A stretch of 47,659 nucleotides of DNA, the filler included, from Jimgerdemannia flammicorona (Eukaryota), in NCBI GenBank assembly GCA_003990765.1. It is 2 parts of 2 records of this genome, joined end to end, with 100 filler letters (N's around TTAATTAATTAA, not from the genome) between each part and the next. Parts side by side here need not be neighbours in the genome. Positions count along the whole stretch, not along the records: positions 1 to 23,781 come from RBNJ01001066.1; 1 more part is not named here. One strand, written 5' to 3'. The translations under genes and the position numbers were made by a program. Of the stretch, positions 1-12,867 are shown piece after piece. Within the stretch, counting starts at the first letter, position 1. Every line of letters begins with the position of its first letter. Under the pieces are notes generated by a model that saw only the letters and a program-made list of their open reading frames with translations, was not told where the DNA came from and did no database searches.

Positions 1-3000
1 AAAAAAAAAAAAGAAAAAAAGAGATTGGACTATCTGGAACACCCAACCCTTGGCAACGGCATCGCTTTTGCTACATCCACTCGTATCTTGATTTTCTGAG
101 CCTTCACCTCATAAGAATGTTTTGTCTCTCGGTTTAAAGTTTTCAGAAACGGTTTACCGACATCGTCCTTTTATCGCTCTTGTTTTAAAAGAAAGAGAAA
201 AATAAGTGCCTGGTGCTGTTTGACAGCTTTCCTATCTCATTCCCACTACAGGCATACTGGTTGCACATACTCAGATCGTCACGACTATCCAATAAAAATA
301 ATTCAAGGATGGATGTGTGACGTCACATGTTCACTTTGCTCCATATAATTAAACTTTTGACGCCTATAATAGATGGAATCAATAACAATGAGGAGAAATA
401 TACAATTTCTGATGAAATTGGATGTCATGAAAGAGAATGAGGATGATAGTAAAGGCGATGATAATTGCTAATTATTATTATTTATAATATCATTTCTGAC
501 TAGCTCTATAATATTCTTTAAAAAGTATTATGAGATCTTGTCAAAAGGTTTATTCTAAACTTTTTCTTTAAATCTTATTAATAGTTTACATATAAATATC
601 AGCTCAGTATAGTAATAAAATAATCTTTATACTTAAACAGAAAGATAAAATCAAACCTAGTTACTCAAACTTTTATTCTTTCAAGAATAAATATACAAAT
701 GTGATAATTTCATTATTATATTCTTTTTATATTTTTTAAAAATAAAATAAAAAAATCCAGGAAAATAGTCATGAACTGCCAAAAAATCTCTCTTTAGAGA
801 ATGCATACTACTGTAATAAAGTAATTATAGAGGATTTTATCTAAATAAAGAATTAATATTTATATACTATATTGTAATAATTTATATATATTAATATTAT
901 AATATACTCAAGTATAGTTTTAATAATATGTATATTTATAAAGAGAATTTTACAATTGTAAACAATCAAACTTATGAATTAATTCACTAGTAATATCTTT
1001 ATTACTAACTAAATCTTCAAACATATTTAGTCAATTGTTACTGGTAACATTTAGATGATACAAGACTCAGGTAATACTTTCAACAACATTTTTGGTAAAA
1101 GATGACTAGCAACATGGAAAGCAATGAACATACAGATGCATGTACTAGATTGGGTGGACCTAGGGCCTTCAACTGGCAGCAGGTAGAGAGGGGTTATGAA
1201 CTAAGAATGGGGGCCTTTGGTGGGCCAAAGAGTGGAGAAGACTCTGGAGGAGGATTGGTGTCCAGTGGCTATGGGGGAAGATCTGGTCTTCCGAGCTTTG
1301 CAGACAAGGTTAAGGGAAGTGGGTGGCTGGCTGGTACTAAGGCTGGTGCTGCTGAGGGGAAGGACAAGGTGAGCCTTGGGAGGGGGGGTGGTGCTCTGGC
1401 TGAGAGTGCAGATGTAGGGGCTGGAGGTGCTATGGCTGGAGGTGTGACTGTTGATGGGAGTGTAATGGGGAATTAGGAAAAAAAATAGGAGATGTGACAG
1501 CTGATGGCCAGGTGGGGCAGGGGTTCTCAATGTGGAAGGGAGACCTGGCAGATAGTATAACGGGGCTGGCGGTGACCCTATTGCTCAAGAAGTTGATCTT
1601 GGAGTTTATGGTAACCTTGTACTTCTGGGGCTTGGCAGTAATGACGAGGATGGTTCTGAGGCTTGTTTCGAAGCAGGTGGCTGAGGTGGCCTTAGTGAAG
1701 TTCTTAAAAGATCTGGAGGGGGTTGAGGTGGGCTTTGAGCACTGGATGAGGTACTGAAGACTAGAGTTATGGTTGGGGAGGTAGTGGTCTCCATGGTGTG
1801 GTGCTTGTGGTGGGACCCCAGGGTGGTATAGCTTCTAGTGAAGGAAGTACCCATGGTGACTAGGGAGGAGACTAGAAAGAGGGTAGAGGAGGTGATAATT
1901 GAGTATGGTGACATGGTGGACATCAGTTTTCAGGTGTAGGAGGGGATAATGATCAGGATGGGCAACATTGATGTCAGGATTTGGCTGGCAGGCAAGGAGG
2001 CCATAGGAAAGGCAAGTGACTGGCCTTCTGTGCTGATGTGGGGGGCATTCATCTGTAAAGTATCGAGGGTGAAGGGGAGTGAGGAGAAGGAGGAGGACTT
2101 GTTGGAGGTACTGGAGGAGATGAGTGGAGCTATAAAGAGGAGAACAAGGGCCTGGAAGATATATGAGAAGTCGATGCATCTGGAGGTTATGGATGGAAAA
2201 TGCATCTGCACTGATAGGAAGCAGTGAGAGTGGGCACAGGGGTGCAGGAGGCAGAGAGAGCTACTTGTGAGTATAAAAGTAGGGGTGAAGCAGAAGGCAG
2301 TGGGAGCTGAAGGGTCTGGGGGTATTGAAGCCAGTATTTGGGTGAGTAAAGGGGTTGGGGAGGGGGAGGCAGGCAAGGAAGAGGCTGAAAAGATGCTGAG
2401 CAAGGACTCCTATACTGATGGCACTTTCAAGGTCTGAGAGCAGGAGCTGGATACAACCCCCCCCCCTCTTATCAGGAGGGGCCTGGCTGGAAAGAGATGG
2501 GCAACAGAGGATGTACTGATGAAGGGGGCCCAGTGAGTGCACTTTGGGGTCCCTGATGTGGAAAAAGGGGGTCAGGTAGTGGTGGTTGGTGAGGATGAGC
2601 TGGTGGATGTCTCTGAGGAAGAGTGGGATGAGGCTGCCAGTATAGGGGCTGATACCACGATGTTGAACATAGGATGGCTGGGGACTCCAGGAGGGAAGGA
2701 GGTGGGGAACTTGCTGTGGATGAGCAAGGTGATGGATAATCTTACAGCTGAGACTTTGGGGGAAGTGGACCTGCAGGTAATGTCTGAAGAGCATTGGGCA
2801 CAGATTCTGCTTAGCGAGGGAGTGGTGGAGGCACTGAAGGGAGAGATTCTTTTGATTTTCCTGAAGGAGGAGAGATATGAGGTTGATGAGGTGAGGAGGG
2901 CTGAGCTGGCAGTGGTCACTGATGAGCAGGTGGTATACTATTAGGTAGAGCAGTATAGTCTGTGGTTCTGGTGGGAGGTCTGTCTAGAATATTGTGAGGA

Positions 3001-4567
3001 CTTTAAGGAGTGAGAAGATGAGGCAATGGTAGAACTTCTAGGAGGGTTGGAGGTACAGAAAGCTGGTGAAAGAGAACTAGCTGCTGGTCATGACTTGGAT
3101 TTGTTGCAGGAGGAATGAGATGCAGAATTATAGAGGGTGGGTTCATGATACAACTCTTTTTCTCTTATGAACAGTACAACCAATATTTTCTCTTTGAATG
3201 TGAATGGGCTAAGGGGATCTGGGTAGTATAAGGATATTTTTAATTGGCTCAAGGGATTGGAGGCTGATCTCTTTTTACTACAGGATATTCAGTGTGAGGA
3301 TGAGGATGATCGGATTGAGTGGACTAGGGAATGGGGTGGGGCTACTGCTTGGTTTAGAAAAGTGGTGATTCTGGTGAGGAAAGATAGAGGAGACTTGTGG
3401 GGTATTGGGAGCTAGAGTGATCACTTGGTCTGGGGAGATTGGCATCAGCCAGGGTGGGAGACAGTGAGAGTTAGCTCTTGCTACTACCCTGTAGTTAGAG
3501 ATGAGAGGATTGCATGGATTAAGGAGCTGCTGGAGGAGGGTATTCTCTTGGCAGAAGGGGTTGATGTGCTTGGGAGGGACTTTAATATGGTTCAGGATCA
3601 GCATCTGGACCGAACTGATGGCAGGAGGAGTTCAGGAGGGAGAAGTGGAGGCCTGGATGTGTGGGAGGAGATGGAGTGGTTGAGCTCTTTAGGAGATATG
3701 GGCAGAACATGATGGGGCAACTCCAGGGTCTATACACATTGGATGAATAGCTTAGGTACAAGGATTGACTGGATTCTGATAGCAGAATACTGGGGGCCTG
3801 GTGTCTGGAAGAGATTGAAGGTAGAATGGTGCTCATAGTCTGATCACTGGGGACTGTTAGAATAGGGGCAGTTTGGGGGGAATGGAGATAGACCCAGACA
3901 TTGGTGTCTTAACTCCTCTCTGCTGGCTGAGAAGGGGTTGTGGGATTTATAGATAGAGGATATTCAGGCAAAAGTTTCTTGCTGGAGGTGTGAGGGTTTG
4001 TCAGTGGGTGTCCATTGGATGAGATTGAAAGAGGCTGCAAGGGTCTATTGGGGAGGGGCTGGGAGAGAAGCTAGGAGATGAAGGAGGAAGCACATGAGGT
4101 GTGCTTCCAATAGGCTGAGGAGATTGCAAATGGATTGGGCAGGTTTGCTTACTTCTATGGGGTGGCAGATTGGAGGTTAGCATGGATTAAATTGGAGATA
4201 ATGGAACTATAACAGGTGTTGAGAGAAGAGGAGGAGGTGTATATATGAGGTATGGCTGCAAGGCTAAGATGACAGGGGCTTGAGGAGAGTGAGTGGTCTA
4301 CTAGATATTTATCCCATCTGCTCAAAGCTAGGAGGGTGAGACATCAGTGGGATGGAGTCCTAGATGCTGATGGAGATATGGTACATGGTATACAACAAAT
4401 CTTAGGAGTTTTGAAAGCGAGATGACAGGGTTTGTGGAGTGAGGAAGAAGGGAGTGCTGATGAGGTGGCTATTGAAGATATATTAGGGGAATGGAGGCTG
4501 CTGCAAGTAGCTGGACTAGATAACTTGGCCTTGCCAGTACAAGGTGAGGAGGTCCAGAGTGTCCTTG

Positions 4568-6627
4568 TGTAAGCGCACAACCTCCAAGCTACCAAAATCA
4601 CACATCACCCTCTGAACAAGCCACTGAAATCTCATACAACCTCTGAACAAATCTGGAAATCACCTGCTTGATCACGAAGCTGAGTCAAACCAAAGTCACA
4701 GCGCACAAAGCTGAGTCAATATGAAGTCACAGAATACAAGAATTACATAAACGGAATCTTACCAATTAGGACCAAATACATATATACCGAGCACTAAGAT
4801 ACATTGAATCAGAGAACTAAAACAAACAAGAACTACAACTTCCAAACACACAAACATGACCACCAAGATCTATACCCATATCTGCGCTGACATTTGGAAT
4901 GCCATTGTCAACTGAGCTACACCCTCTCTGCCCCTCATGAATATCCATAGCCTAGCACCTCTCTACTTCATGGAAGCCCAATGGAATACTCTGAACATGC
5001 TTAGCGAGGCCTACTGAATCAGACAAATCTCAAGCTACTACCAGATCGGCCGCCTCCTGGAAGACATAGTCGAACACCACCATGATACAGACATTACCCA
5101 GATGTCTCAACACCAGAAGCTCATTGCCTACAAACATCGAGAACTCTTTTACGAGTACAGTACCATTATTCCCCGCCTCTGAGTTACTACCAGTGAAATA
5201 GTTGCTATCCTGTCCTACGGCCAAATCGATGACATGATACAAGAACTCAACCAGAAGTACCTCGAGTATGTCGAAACCACAGACAGAACCTTCCCACACC
5301 CCAATGATCATATCCTGCAAATGCCCCAAGTTGGATACGCCATGAAGGATATCTATGATATAATCCACTTCGATGAAGATGAAGCAGAAGACAATAACCC
5401 CTCTGATGCCAACATGACCTCTAGCCAAGGATCTCTGCCAACCCTGATCACTCTGCCAATCTTGCCGATGAACTTACAACAGTTCATAACTACATATGAG
5501 ACTTATTGGGACAATGACCACTGGCATGAATACCAACCTACATTTATTCCTAATTATTTTAACTACAATGAAGAGACTGGAGAACATAACCTGTACCTCT
5601 AGACAACCCTCGAGATTGAACCAACCACTCTACTACCTGAGTACAAGCAATATGAACCACAGCCGCCAGCTTATTACAACTCTACAACTCATAGTACTAT
5701 AACCTACAGAAGGTATGCAGATAGTAAATCCGATGAAGGTGAAGATGATACACCCCTCCTTTGCCCACCAACACCTTATCTAGCATATGAGATGGATGAT
5801 GCTATCCTGTGGGATGGTGATGAAGTCCAATATATTATTACCTCAGTGAACAAGGAGAAGTAATCTGTGAACCACTTTTCCTAGACAACTACTTTATTAG
5901 AGATGATGCAATTGACAGTGATGTCATCAAGAACTACCCAAACAGTGCCTAAACCCATAAATAGCCTAGCAGTCATAGTATAGTTAGATTAGCTTTGTAC
6001 AATGTGACTGTGAACTGACTCAGCAGTCAGATGATCTCTTAACATGTCAGATCACTCTTTACTATGTGACCGCATTCCGACTCAGCAAAGCACTTAGTGC
6101 TATATCCATATCTAGCATAGTCCAGATAGCCCCTCATTAGTATAAATACCCCCTCTCCCAGACCTCAGAATCTCAGACTCGAACACACAAGAACATTCCT
6201 GAATACTTCCCCACAATATCCCTTCACACAACTACTCCTAATATAGTAATATCATGAATAGCAAATAAACCTATTCAATAACTCACAAACCACTCTTAAG
6301 TAAATCTGCTCCCTATTAGGTCTCACTCCTAACCCCATCATGAAATTTCCTAATTGGGCATTGTCTGCAGCGATACACCAATTCAACTAAGCTGGTCTTA
6401 GTTTCTTGAACTTTCTGAAATATGGAAAATCCTGAACATCCAGAACTAGTCCAAAAAAGGACTTTGGTTGAGATGTCAACCCGATCTTGAAATCAATAAG
6501 CGTAGAGGATGTACTCCATATAAAATTGATCTTGACCATAAGAAAACAGTCTTCCAGAATATCCAGAACTTCCAGAAAATCTTTCCAGAACTACATAATG
6601 GTTATCCTAAAAAGTAACTCTCTTATA
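4568..6627 (+). mobile_element. ~2.06-kb TG..CA element (probable solo LTR), copy 1
   Basis: Starts TGTAAG and ends CTTATA (CTTACA with one transition). It interrupts LINE A ORF2 exactly: GTCCTTG|insert|CCTAA-TAGCAACTAA, versus GTTCTTGTAGCAACTAA in LINE B. Degenerate 5-bp TSD CCTTG/CCTAA. TATAAATA at 6141-6148. Confidence 0.85.
4856..5952 (+). pseudogene. Decayed ~365-codon ORF of unknown function inside the 2.06-kb element
   Basis: ATG 4856 (MTTKIYTHICADIWNAIVN...) is in frame with track ORF 5234-5602. It is interrupted only by TGA/TAG codons explicable as CGA/CAG transitions and by a 1-bp deletion near 5826 relative to copy 2. It ends ...KNYPNSA-TAA. Confidence 0.75.
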
Positions 6628-6963
6628 CCTAATAGCAACTAAGACTGGAATAGCACCAGGGGAGGATGGGCTACTGTGGGACTTTTGGAAGAAGATGGTT
6701 AAGGTTCCTGGTATTTTGGGTGAGATGACTGCTCTCTGTGATCATGTTCTTCAGAGTGGTGAGTGGGTTGGAGAGCAGGACCTTGGGCTGGTGGCTTTAT
6801 TGTACAAAGACAAGGGGAGGAGAGAAGACTAGAAGAACTGGCAACTGATCATACTTTTGGATATGGACAGAAAGATGGTGACTAAGGTGGTTGTTGCAAG
6901 GCTGCTGGGAGAGGAGCAGTGGGGCTTTGTTGGAGGCAGACTTATAAGAGATGGGACTGCATA

Positions 6964-9025
6964 TGTAAGAGGGTTACTTTTTAAGATAACCATTATGTAG
7001 TTCTGAAAGGGTTTTCTGGAAGTTCGGGATGTTCAGGAAGATTGTTTTCTTATGGTCAAGATCAATTTCATATGGAGTATGTCCTCTATGCTTATTGATT
7101 TCAAGATCGGGTTGACATCTCAACCAAGTCCTTTTTCAGACTAGTTCTGGATGTTCAGGATTTTCCATATTTCAGGAAGTTCAAGAAACTAAGACCAGCT
7201 TAGTTGAATCGGTATATTGCTGCAGACAATACCCAATTAGGAAATTTTGTGATGGGGTTAGGAGTGGGACCTAACAGGAAGTGGATTTACTTAAGAGTGG
7301 TTCATGGGTTATTAAATAGGTTTATTCGCTATTCATGATATTGCTATACTAGGAGTTGGTTGTGTGAAGGAATATTGTGAAGAAGTATTCAGGAATGTTC
7401 TTGTGTATTTGAGTCTGAGATTCTGAGGTCTGGGGGAGGGGATATTTATACTAGTGAGGGGCTATCTGGACTATGCTAGATATGGATATAGCACTAAGTA
7501 CTTTGCTGAGTCAGAATGCAGTTATATAGTACAAGTGTGATCTGACATGTCAAGAGATCATCTGACTGCTGAGTCAGTTCACAGTCATGTCATACAAGGC
7601 TAATATAACTATACTATGACTGCTAGGCTATTTATAGGTTTAGGCACTGTCTAGGTAGTCCTTAATGACATCACCATCAATTGCATCATCTCTGATGAAG
7701 TAGTCATCTAGAAAGAGTGGTTCATGGATTACTTCTCCTTGTTCACTGAGGTAATAATACATTGGAACTTCATCTCTGTCCCACAAGATGGCATCATCAG
7801 TCTCGTATGCTGGATAAGGTATTGGTGGGTGAAGGAGGGGTGCATCGTCTTCACTTTCGTCGGATTTGCTGTCTGCATACCTTATGTAGGTTACAGCACT
7901 ATGAGTCACAGAGTTGTAGTAAGCTGGTGGCAGTGGTTCATGTTGCTTATACTCGGGTGGTGGAGTGGTTGGTTCAATCTCAAGAGTTGTCTAGAGGTAC
8001 AGGTTGTGTTCTCTAGTCTCTTCATTGTAGTTGAAGTAATCAGGGGTGAATGTGGATTGGTATTCATGCCAGTGGTCATTGTCCCAATAAGTCTCATATG
8101 CTGTTATGAATTATTGTAAGTTCATTGGCAAGGTTGGTGGTGTGATCAGAGTTGGCAGAGATCCTTGGCTAGAGGTCATATTGGCATCAGAGGGATCATT
8201 GTCTTCTACTTCATCTTCATCAAAGTGGATTATATCATAGATATCCTTCATGGTGTATCCAACTTGGGGCATTTGCAGGATATGATCATTGGGGTGTGGG
8301 AAGGTTCTGTCTGTGATTTTGACATACTCGAGGTACTTGTGGTTGAGTTCTTATATCATGTCATCAATTTGGCCATAGGATAGGGTAGCAACCATTTCAG
8401 TTGTAGTAACTCAGAGATGGGGAATAATGGTGCTATACTCATAGAAGAGTTCTCAATGTTTGTAGGTGATGAGCTTCTGGTGTTAAGACATCTGGGTAAT
8501 ATCTGTATCATGGTGGTATTCGATCATGTCTTCCAGGAGGCAGCTGATCTGGTAGTAGCTTGAGATTTGTCCGATTCGGTGGGTCTCACTAAGCATGTTC
8601 AGAGCATTCCATCGGGCTTCCACAAAGTAGAGGGGTGCTAGGCTATGGATATTCATGAGGGGCAGAGGGGGTGTGGCTCCATTGACAATAGCATTCCAAA
8701 TGTCAGCACGGATACAAGTATAGATCTTGGTGGTTATGTTTGTGTGTTTGGAAGTTGTGGTTGTTGTTTGTTTTGGTTCTCTGATTCAATGTGTCTTGGT
8801 GCTCGGTATATATGCATTTGGTTCTGATTGGTAAGATTCTGTTTGTGTAAATCTTGTGTTCTGTGACTTCATATTGACTCAGCTTTATATACTGTGACTT
8901 CAGTTTGACTCAGCTTCGTGATCAAGCAGGTGATTTCCAGATTTGTTCAGAGGTCACATGTGATTTCAGTGGCTTGTTTAGAGGGTGACATATAATTTCA
9001 GTGGCTTAGAGGTTGTGTGCTTACA
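6964..9025 (-). mobile_element. ~2.06-kb TG..CA element (probable solo LTR), copy 2, inverted relative to copy 1
   Basis: TGTAAG at 6964 and CTTACA ending at 9025. Perfect 5-bp TSD GCATA (6959-6963 and 9026-9030). Reverse-complement match to 4568-6627 along its length. The LINE RT frame resumes on both sides. Confidence 0.9.
7640..8737 (-). pseudogene. Second copy of the ~365-codon element-internal ORF
   Basis: 1098 nt from an ATA (mutated ATG) at 8737 to the stop at 7640. It includes track ORF 7640-7909 (…YADSKSDESEDD…DVIKDYLDSA) and matches 4856-5952. Confidence 0.75.
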
Positions 9026-11029
9026 GCATAGGTATATGGTGTCATTGAAGGGGCCTGGGCTTATGCCCTGAATAGAAGGTTGGTCTTCTTGGACCAGGAG
9101 AAGGCCTATGACTGGGTCTGGCAGGTCTGGCTGGGCAAGATATTGGATTATATTGGTGTTCCTCCCAGATTTCAGGCTTCTATGTTGAGTCTGCTAGAGG
9201 GCAGTTAGGCAGCACTGATGTGTAATGGTCACTATGGTCTGATATTTACCTTGAGAAGAGGGGTTCCTCAGGGGGACCCCCTGTCCCTTATTCTTTATAC
9301 CCTCTCATTGGAACCATTGATGGATAGGATTCGCCAGAAGGTGGTAGGGCTCTCTATCTATGACATAGTATGGAAGGTGGGAGCCTTTGCAGATGATATA
9401 GTGGTTGGCCTTAGGTCTGTAGCAGATGTCAAGGCACTTAAGGAGATGGTGGAATAGTATGAGGATCACTCTGGAACAAAGCTCAACTGACATAAGTATG
9501 AGACTATAGTGCTAGGGAATGGGCTGGTGGGTGGAGACATCATTGGAACAATTGTCTCTACTAGTGAGGTGGTACAGTATCTAGGCATCTTCCTCTCTAT
9601 ATATGGCTCTGTCTTACCATGGGTGTGGTGGGAGAGCAGGGTGGCTGTTTGGGGGGAGGCCCTTTAAGGTTGGGGAGGCCACCATATCTCTCTAGCAAGA
9701 TAGGTATCAATTTTGAATATATATATACTGATTCCCCAAGCTGTGGTATGTGGCCTACCACCTAAACTTCCCAGCTTGGGTGGTGAAGAGACTGACAAAG
9801 GTAGCTAGGGATTGGATTTGGACAGAGAGGAGGTCCCAGATCAGTTGGGATACTCTTGTGACACTGGTGGTCTGGGGAGGTCTTGGCCTTGTGGATTTCC
9901 CTAAGAGGTTGCACTGCTTGTGAGCCTGGTGGTTGAAGAGAGTGGTTGAACTGCAAGGAGGGGGTTGGGTGTCTCTGCTACAGAAGGTGTGGGAGATGAG
10001 AACCTCCCCCCAAGAGTCCTCAGGTGATCTACTCTCTTTGGTAGGGCTCAATGGAATTTGAAAGCTGCAGTTAAGGGCTTTTGGTGGAGAGTGGTCAATA
10101 GAGTACACAGAATTGGTCTGCACTGGCAAGGCAATGAGGGGGAGGTATTGTGGGGACCTAGTATGTGGCGATAGGATAGACTGCTACTGGGGGGCACTCT
10201 ACTTACTGCTTTTGATATTGGGGATAGAGTGGAGTGTCAGCAGGGTCTTAGCTAGGATCTTTGGCCAAGTGGTTGACAGGCAGTTGGGATCAGTGAGGAG
10301 TGGGACTGGGCAGGTATCTGGTCTTGGAGTGCTGAGGTACAGCAGTAGTTTTCCCCCAAGTTCTGGGTGGTGTGGTGGCAAATGCTGTGGAGGAATATTA
10401 TGCTGAATTTTCACACTGGGTATCTGGTAGATGGAGGCTGTTTTGATTGTGAGGAGTGTTATAATATAGGGCAAGCTGGGGGTTTAGTGTAGATGCCAGA
10501 ACATTGGCTGGGAGAGTGTGAGGTTTTGGGGGACTTTTGGGTTAAAATAGGGAATAGACTGAGTGTAGAGCATAGGCCAGTGAGTGAGGGGGATTGCTGG
10601 GAGGACTTGAGATCTCAGCTAGTGAGGGGGGTGGATAATAGTTGGCTCACTATTGGATGGGTGTTAGCAATTTGGGTGGGATTGGCAGGATATTGGCTAT
10701 TTGTGTTTGAGGAGGGATGGCAGATGACACTGCAGGAGAAGATTTTAAGGTGGAAGGAGCTGTTGGGGGATCTGATGACTGGATGGTGGATAGGTTGGGG
10801 TCCTTCAGGGGGGTGATGGTGAGGTTTGGTGGTGAGGATATGCAAACAGAGTGGTGGGAGGGTGGGGATTGGTTTCGATAGAGTGGTGTTTTGTTGAGAA
10901 GAGGTAAGGAGAAGAGGCCCCCATAGGGGGATTGGATAGGGGGTGGGTTCACTGTACTTATATGGGATAGATGGGGGTAATAAAGGAAGAGTCCAAGTGA
11001 CTATAAAAAAAAAAAAAAAAAAAAAAAAA

Positions 11030-11720
11030 TGAGTTCAGGACAGATAGTGTTGATGAGTTTGAGGCAGAAGAGCATGTTGATGAGTTCAATGAGTTTGGGC
11101 AGATGGGTATGGTAATGATAATAATAATAATAACAACAGAGACACCAGAAGAAATATCAATGGATGGACCAGATGATGATAAGACCCCTAATAAATTAAA
11201 AGGAAATAGACATACCTGGGAACAGGCCAATTTGACATGAGAGAAATGGGCATATCAATGAGTTTGGAGAGTTGATGAATTCAGGGCAGATGGTGTTGAT
11301 GAGTTCAGGACAGAAGAGCACATCAATGAGTTTGATAAGTTCAGACAGATGGGCATGGTGATGATAATAATGATAACAATAGAGATACCAGAAGAAATAT
11401 CAATAGATGGACCAGATGATGACAAGACCTCCAACAAATTAAAAAAAAATAGGCATACCTGGGAACAGACCAATTCAATATGAGAGAAATGGGTATGTCA
11501 ATGAGTTTGGAGAGTTGATGAGTTCAGAGCAGATGGTATTAATGAGTTTGGGGTAGATGGTATTGATGAGTTCAGGGCGGATGGCATTGATGAGTTTGGG
11601 GCAGATGGGTATATCAATGAGTTCAATGAGTTTGAGCAGATAGATATGGCAATGATAATAATGATAATAACAGGGATACTAGAAGAAATGTCAATAGCTG
11701 GACCAGATAGTAGAATGTCT
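11030..11720. repeat. Tandem repeat, about three copies of a ~243-bp unit with internal GATGAGTT(C/T)(A/G)GGGCAGATG subrepeats
   Basis: The block GAAGAAAT(A/G)TCAAT..(A/C)TGGACCAGAT recurs near 11148, 11391 and 11683. CATACCTGGGAACAG recurs at 11211 and 11454. Confidence 0.8.
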
Positions 11721-11849
11721 TTAGGAATCTTAAGTAGGAATTCTTGGTGAAATTCCTAGATAGCATAAATATGGGAAATGCTCAGGTCAGAAATTTATAT
11801 AAAAATTCATATCTACCATTGCATATGTGAGATAGAACTAACCTCATTC

Positions 11850-12316
11850 TTCTCCATCATACAGGCCCAACTGGCATACTAGTTGATGGCAATGTCTGCA
11901 AGACAGTTCATTATCAGTATTGTAACCAATGTAGCCTATTAGATTTATGCATCTGCAATAGAGTAGAATGATAAGTTATATTGTATACAATGTGAAATTA
12001 TATATGAAAAGTTTCTCACCAGACAAGATATCCTTATTCTTATCAAGCTTCTTACAAAGTACCTCAGTATCAGAGCACTTTGAGTATAAATTCTTCCATT
12101 CAACTTGACAACAGAAATGCTTCTACTGAGATTAATATCATTATTGATGAATTCTGTCTTGACCTTAGGTCATTCAGAAAAAGAGATATACCTGTCAATG
12201 AACTTGATACTAATATTCTTAAAAAAGAGGCAAATGGGCTTACCATGGCTCTTAGTGTCAAAATCAAAGTAGTGGACAGTGGGGACACTGCCAAGAATAT
12301 CATTCAAGTTAGATAT
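11850..12316 (-). pseudogene. Glutathione S-transferase pseudogene, N-terminal part, with an intron
   Basis: Manual translation from an ATA (mutated ATG) at 12316 gives SNLNDILGSVPTVHYFDFDTKSHGKPICLFFKNISIKFIDRYISF/SE*PKVKTEFINNDINLSRSISVVKLNGRIYTQSALILRYFVRSL. This fits the GST N-domain pattern YF..RGRGEPIRL...E-W-P....P-V-V-E-L-D-G...QS..ILRY once transitions are reverted. It is followed by a GTGAG...TGCAG intron and LADIAIN*YASW (helix-4-like). Confidence 0.72.
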
Positions 12317-12867
12317 ATTGTATTTTGTGGTGTAAAGATATATTTGCTGAAGGGTTTTGGAATGTAAGAGGGGGAATTATATATAATTATGATTTTTATT
12401 GATAAATATATATGGTATTTCCACCATTATATAGATTATTATATAGAATTAATCCAAACTTAATCTATAATCAGAGAAGCCCAATATAGAGGACTAACAA
12501 AGATCTACTCACAAAGTGATTTTAGCATCTCATTAGTAGCAATCTCATTAGTATGAATCTCATTAGTGGGAATCTTGCTGGTAGAACTTGGCTGTTAATC
12601 TTGAAGAGATCTTAGTCAAAGGTGGGAATCTCACTAGAGTGTTTGTAGTATAGTGTATAAGGTGGCTATCTATGGAAGTGATTTGTGTAGTTTTTATTAT
12701 AGAGTGTGGGCCTTAGCTTCAGCAATCTTGGCATGGAAAAGAGTATATTGGTTGAGAAAGAGTGTGACAGCCAAGTTGTGAACCAAGATAGTTAATTTAG
12801 AGCTTTTGTAGCCAGCCTATATCTATAGAGGGAGAAAAAAAAAAAATCAGATATGATAGATTTATTT

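Larger units (their letters stand above)
1060..11029 (+). mobile_element. LINE copy A (L1/Tx1-like non-LTR retrotransposon), decayed, interrupted by two 2.06-kb insertions
   Basis: ORF1 remnants 1114-3133. ORF2 from ATG 3167 with APE motifs (FSLNVNGL, GRDFN, RIDWIL, SDH) and RT motifs (GVPQGDPLS, AFADD in ORF 9218-9457). 3' end GTCCAAGTGACTAT plus poly(A) to 11029. Collinear with copies B, C and D. The 5' boundary is approximate and no TSD was found. Confidence 0.93.

Noticed and set aside
4568..9025. One DNA transposon with 2-kb terminal inverted repeats
   Set aside because: Each arm has its own TSD and the 336-bp centre is contiguous LINE RT sequence, so these are two separate insertions.
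12528..12640. AATCTCATTAGT 15-bp-spaced repeats as a transposon subterminal array
   Set aside because: No TIR or TSD could be paired with them, so they are insufficient to call a terminus.
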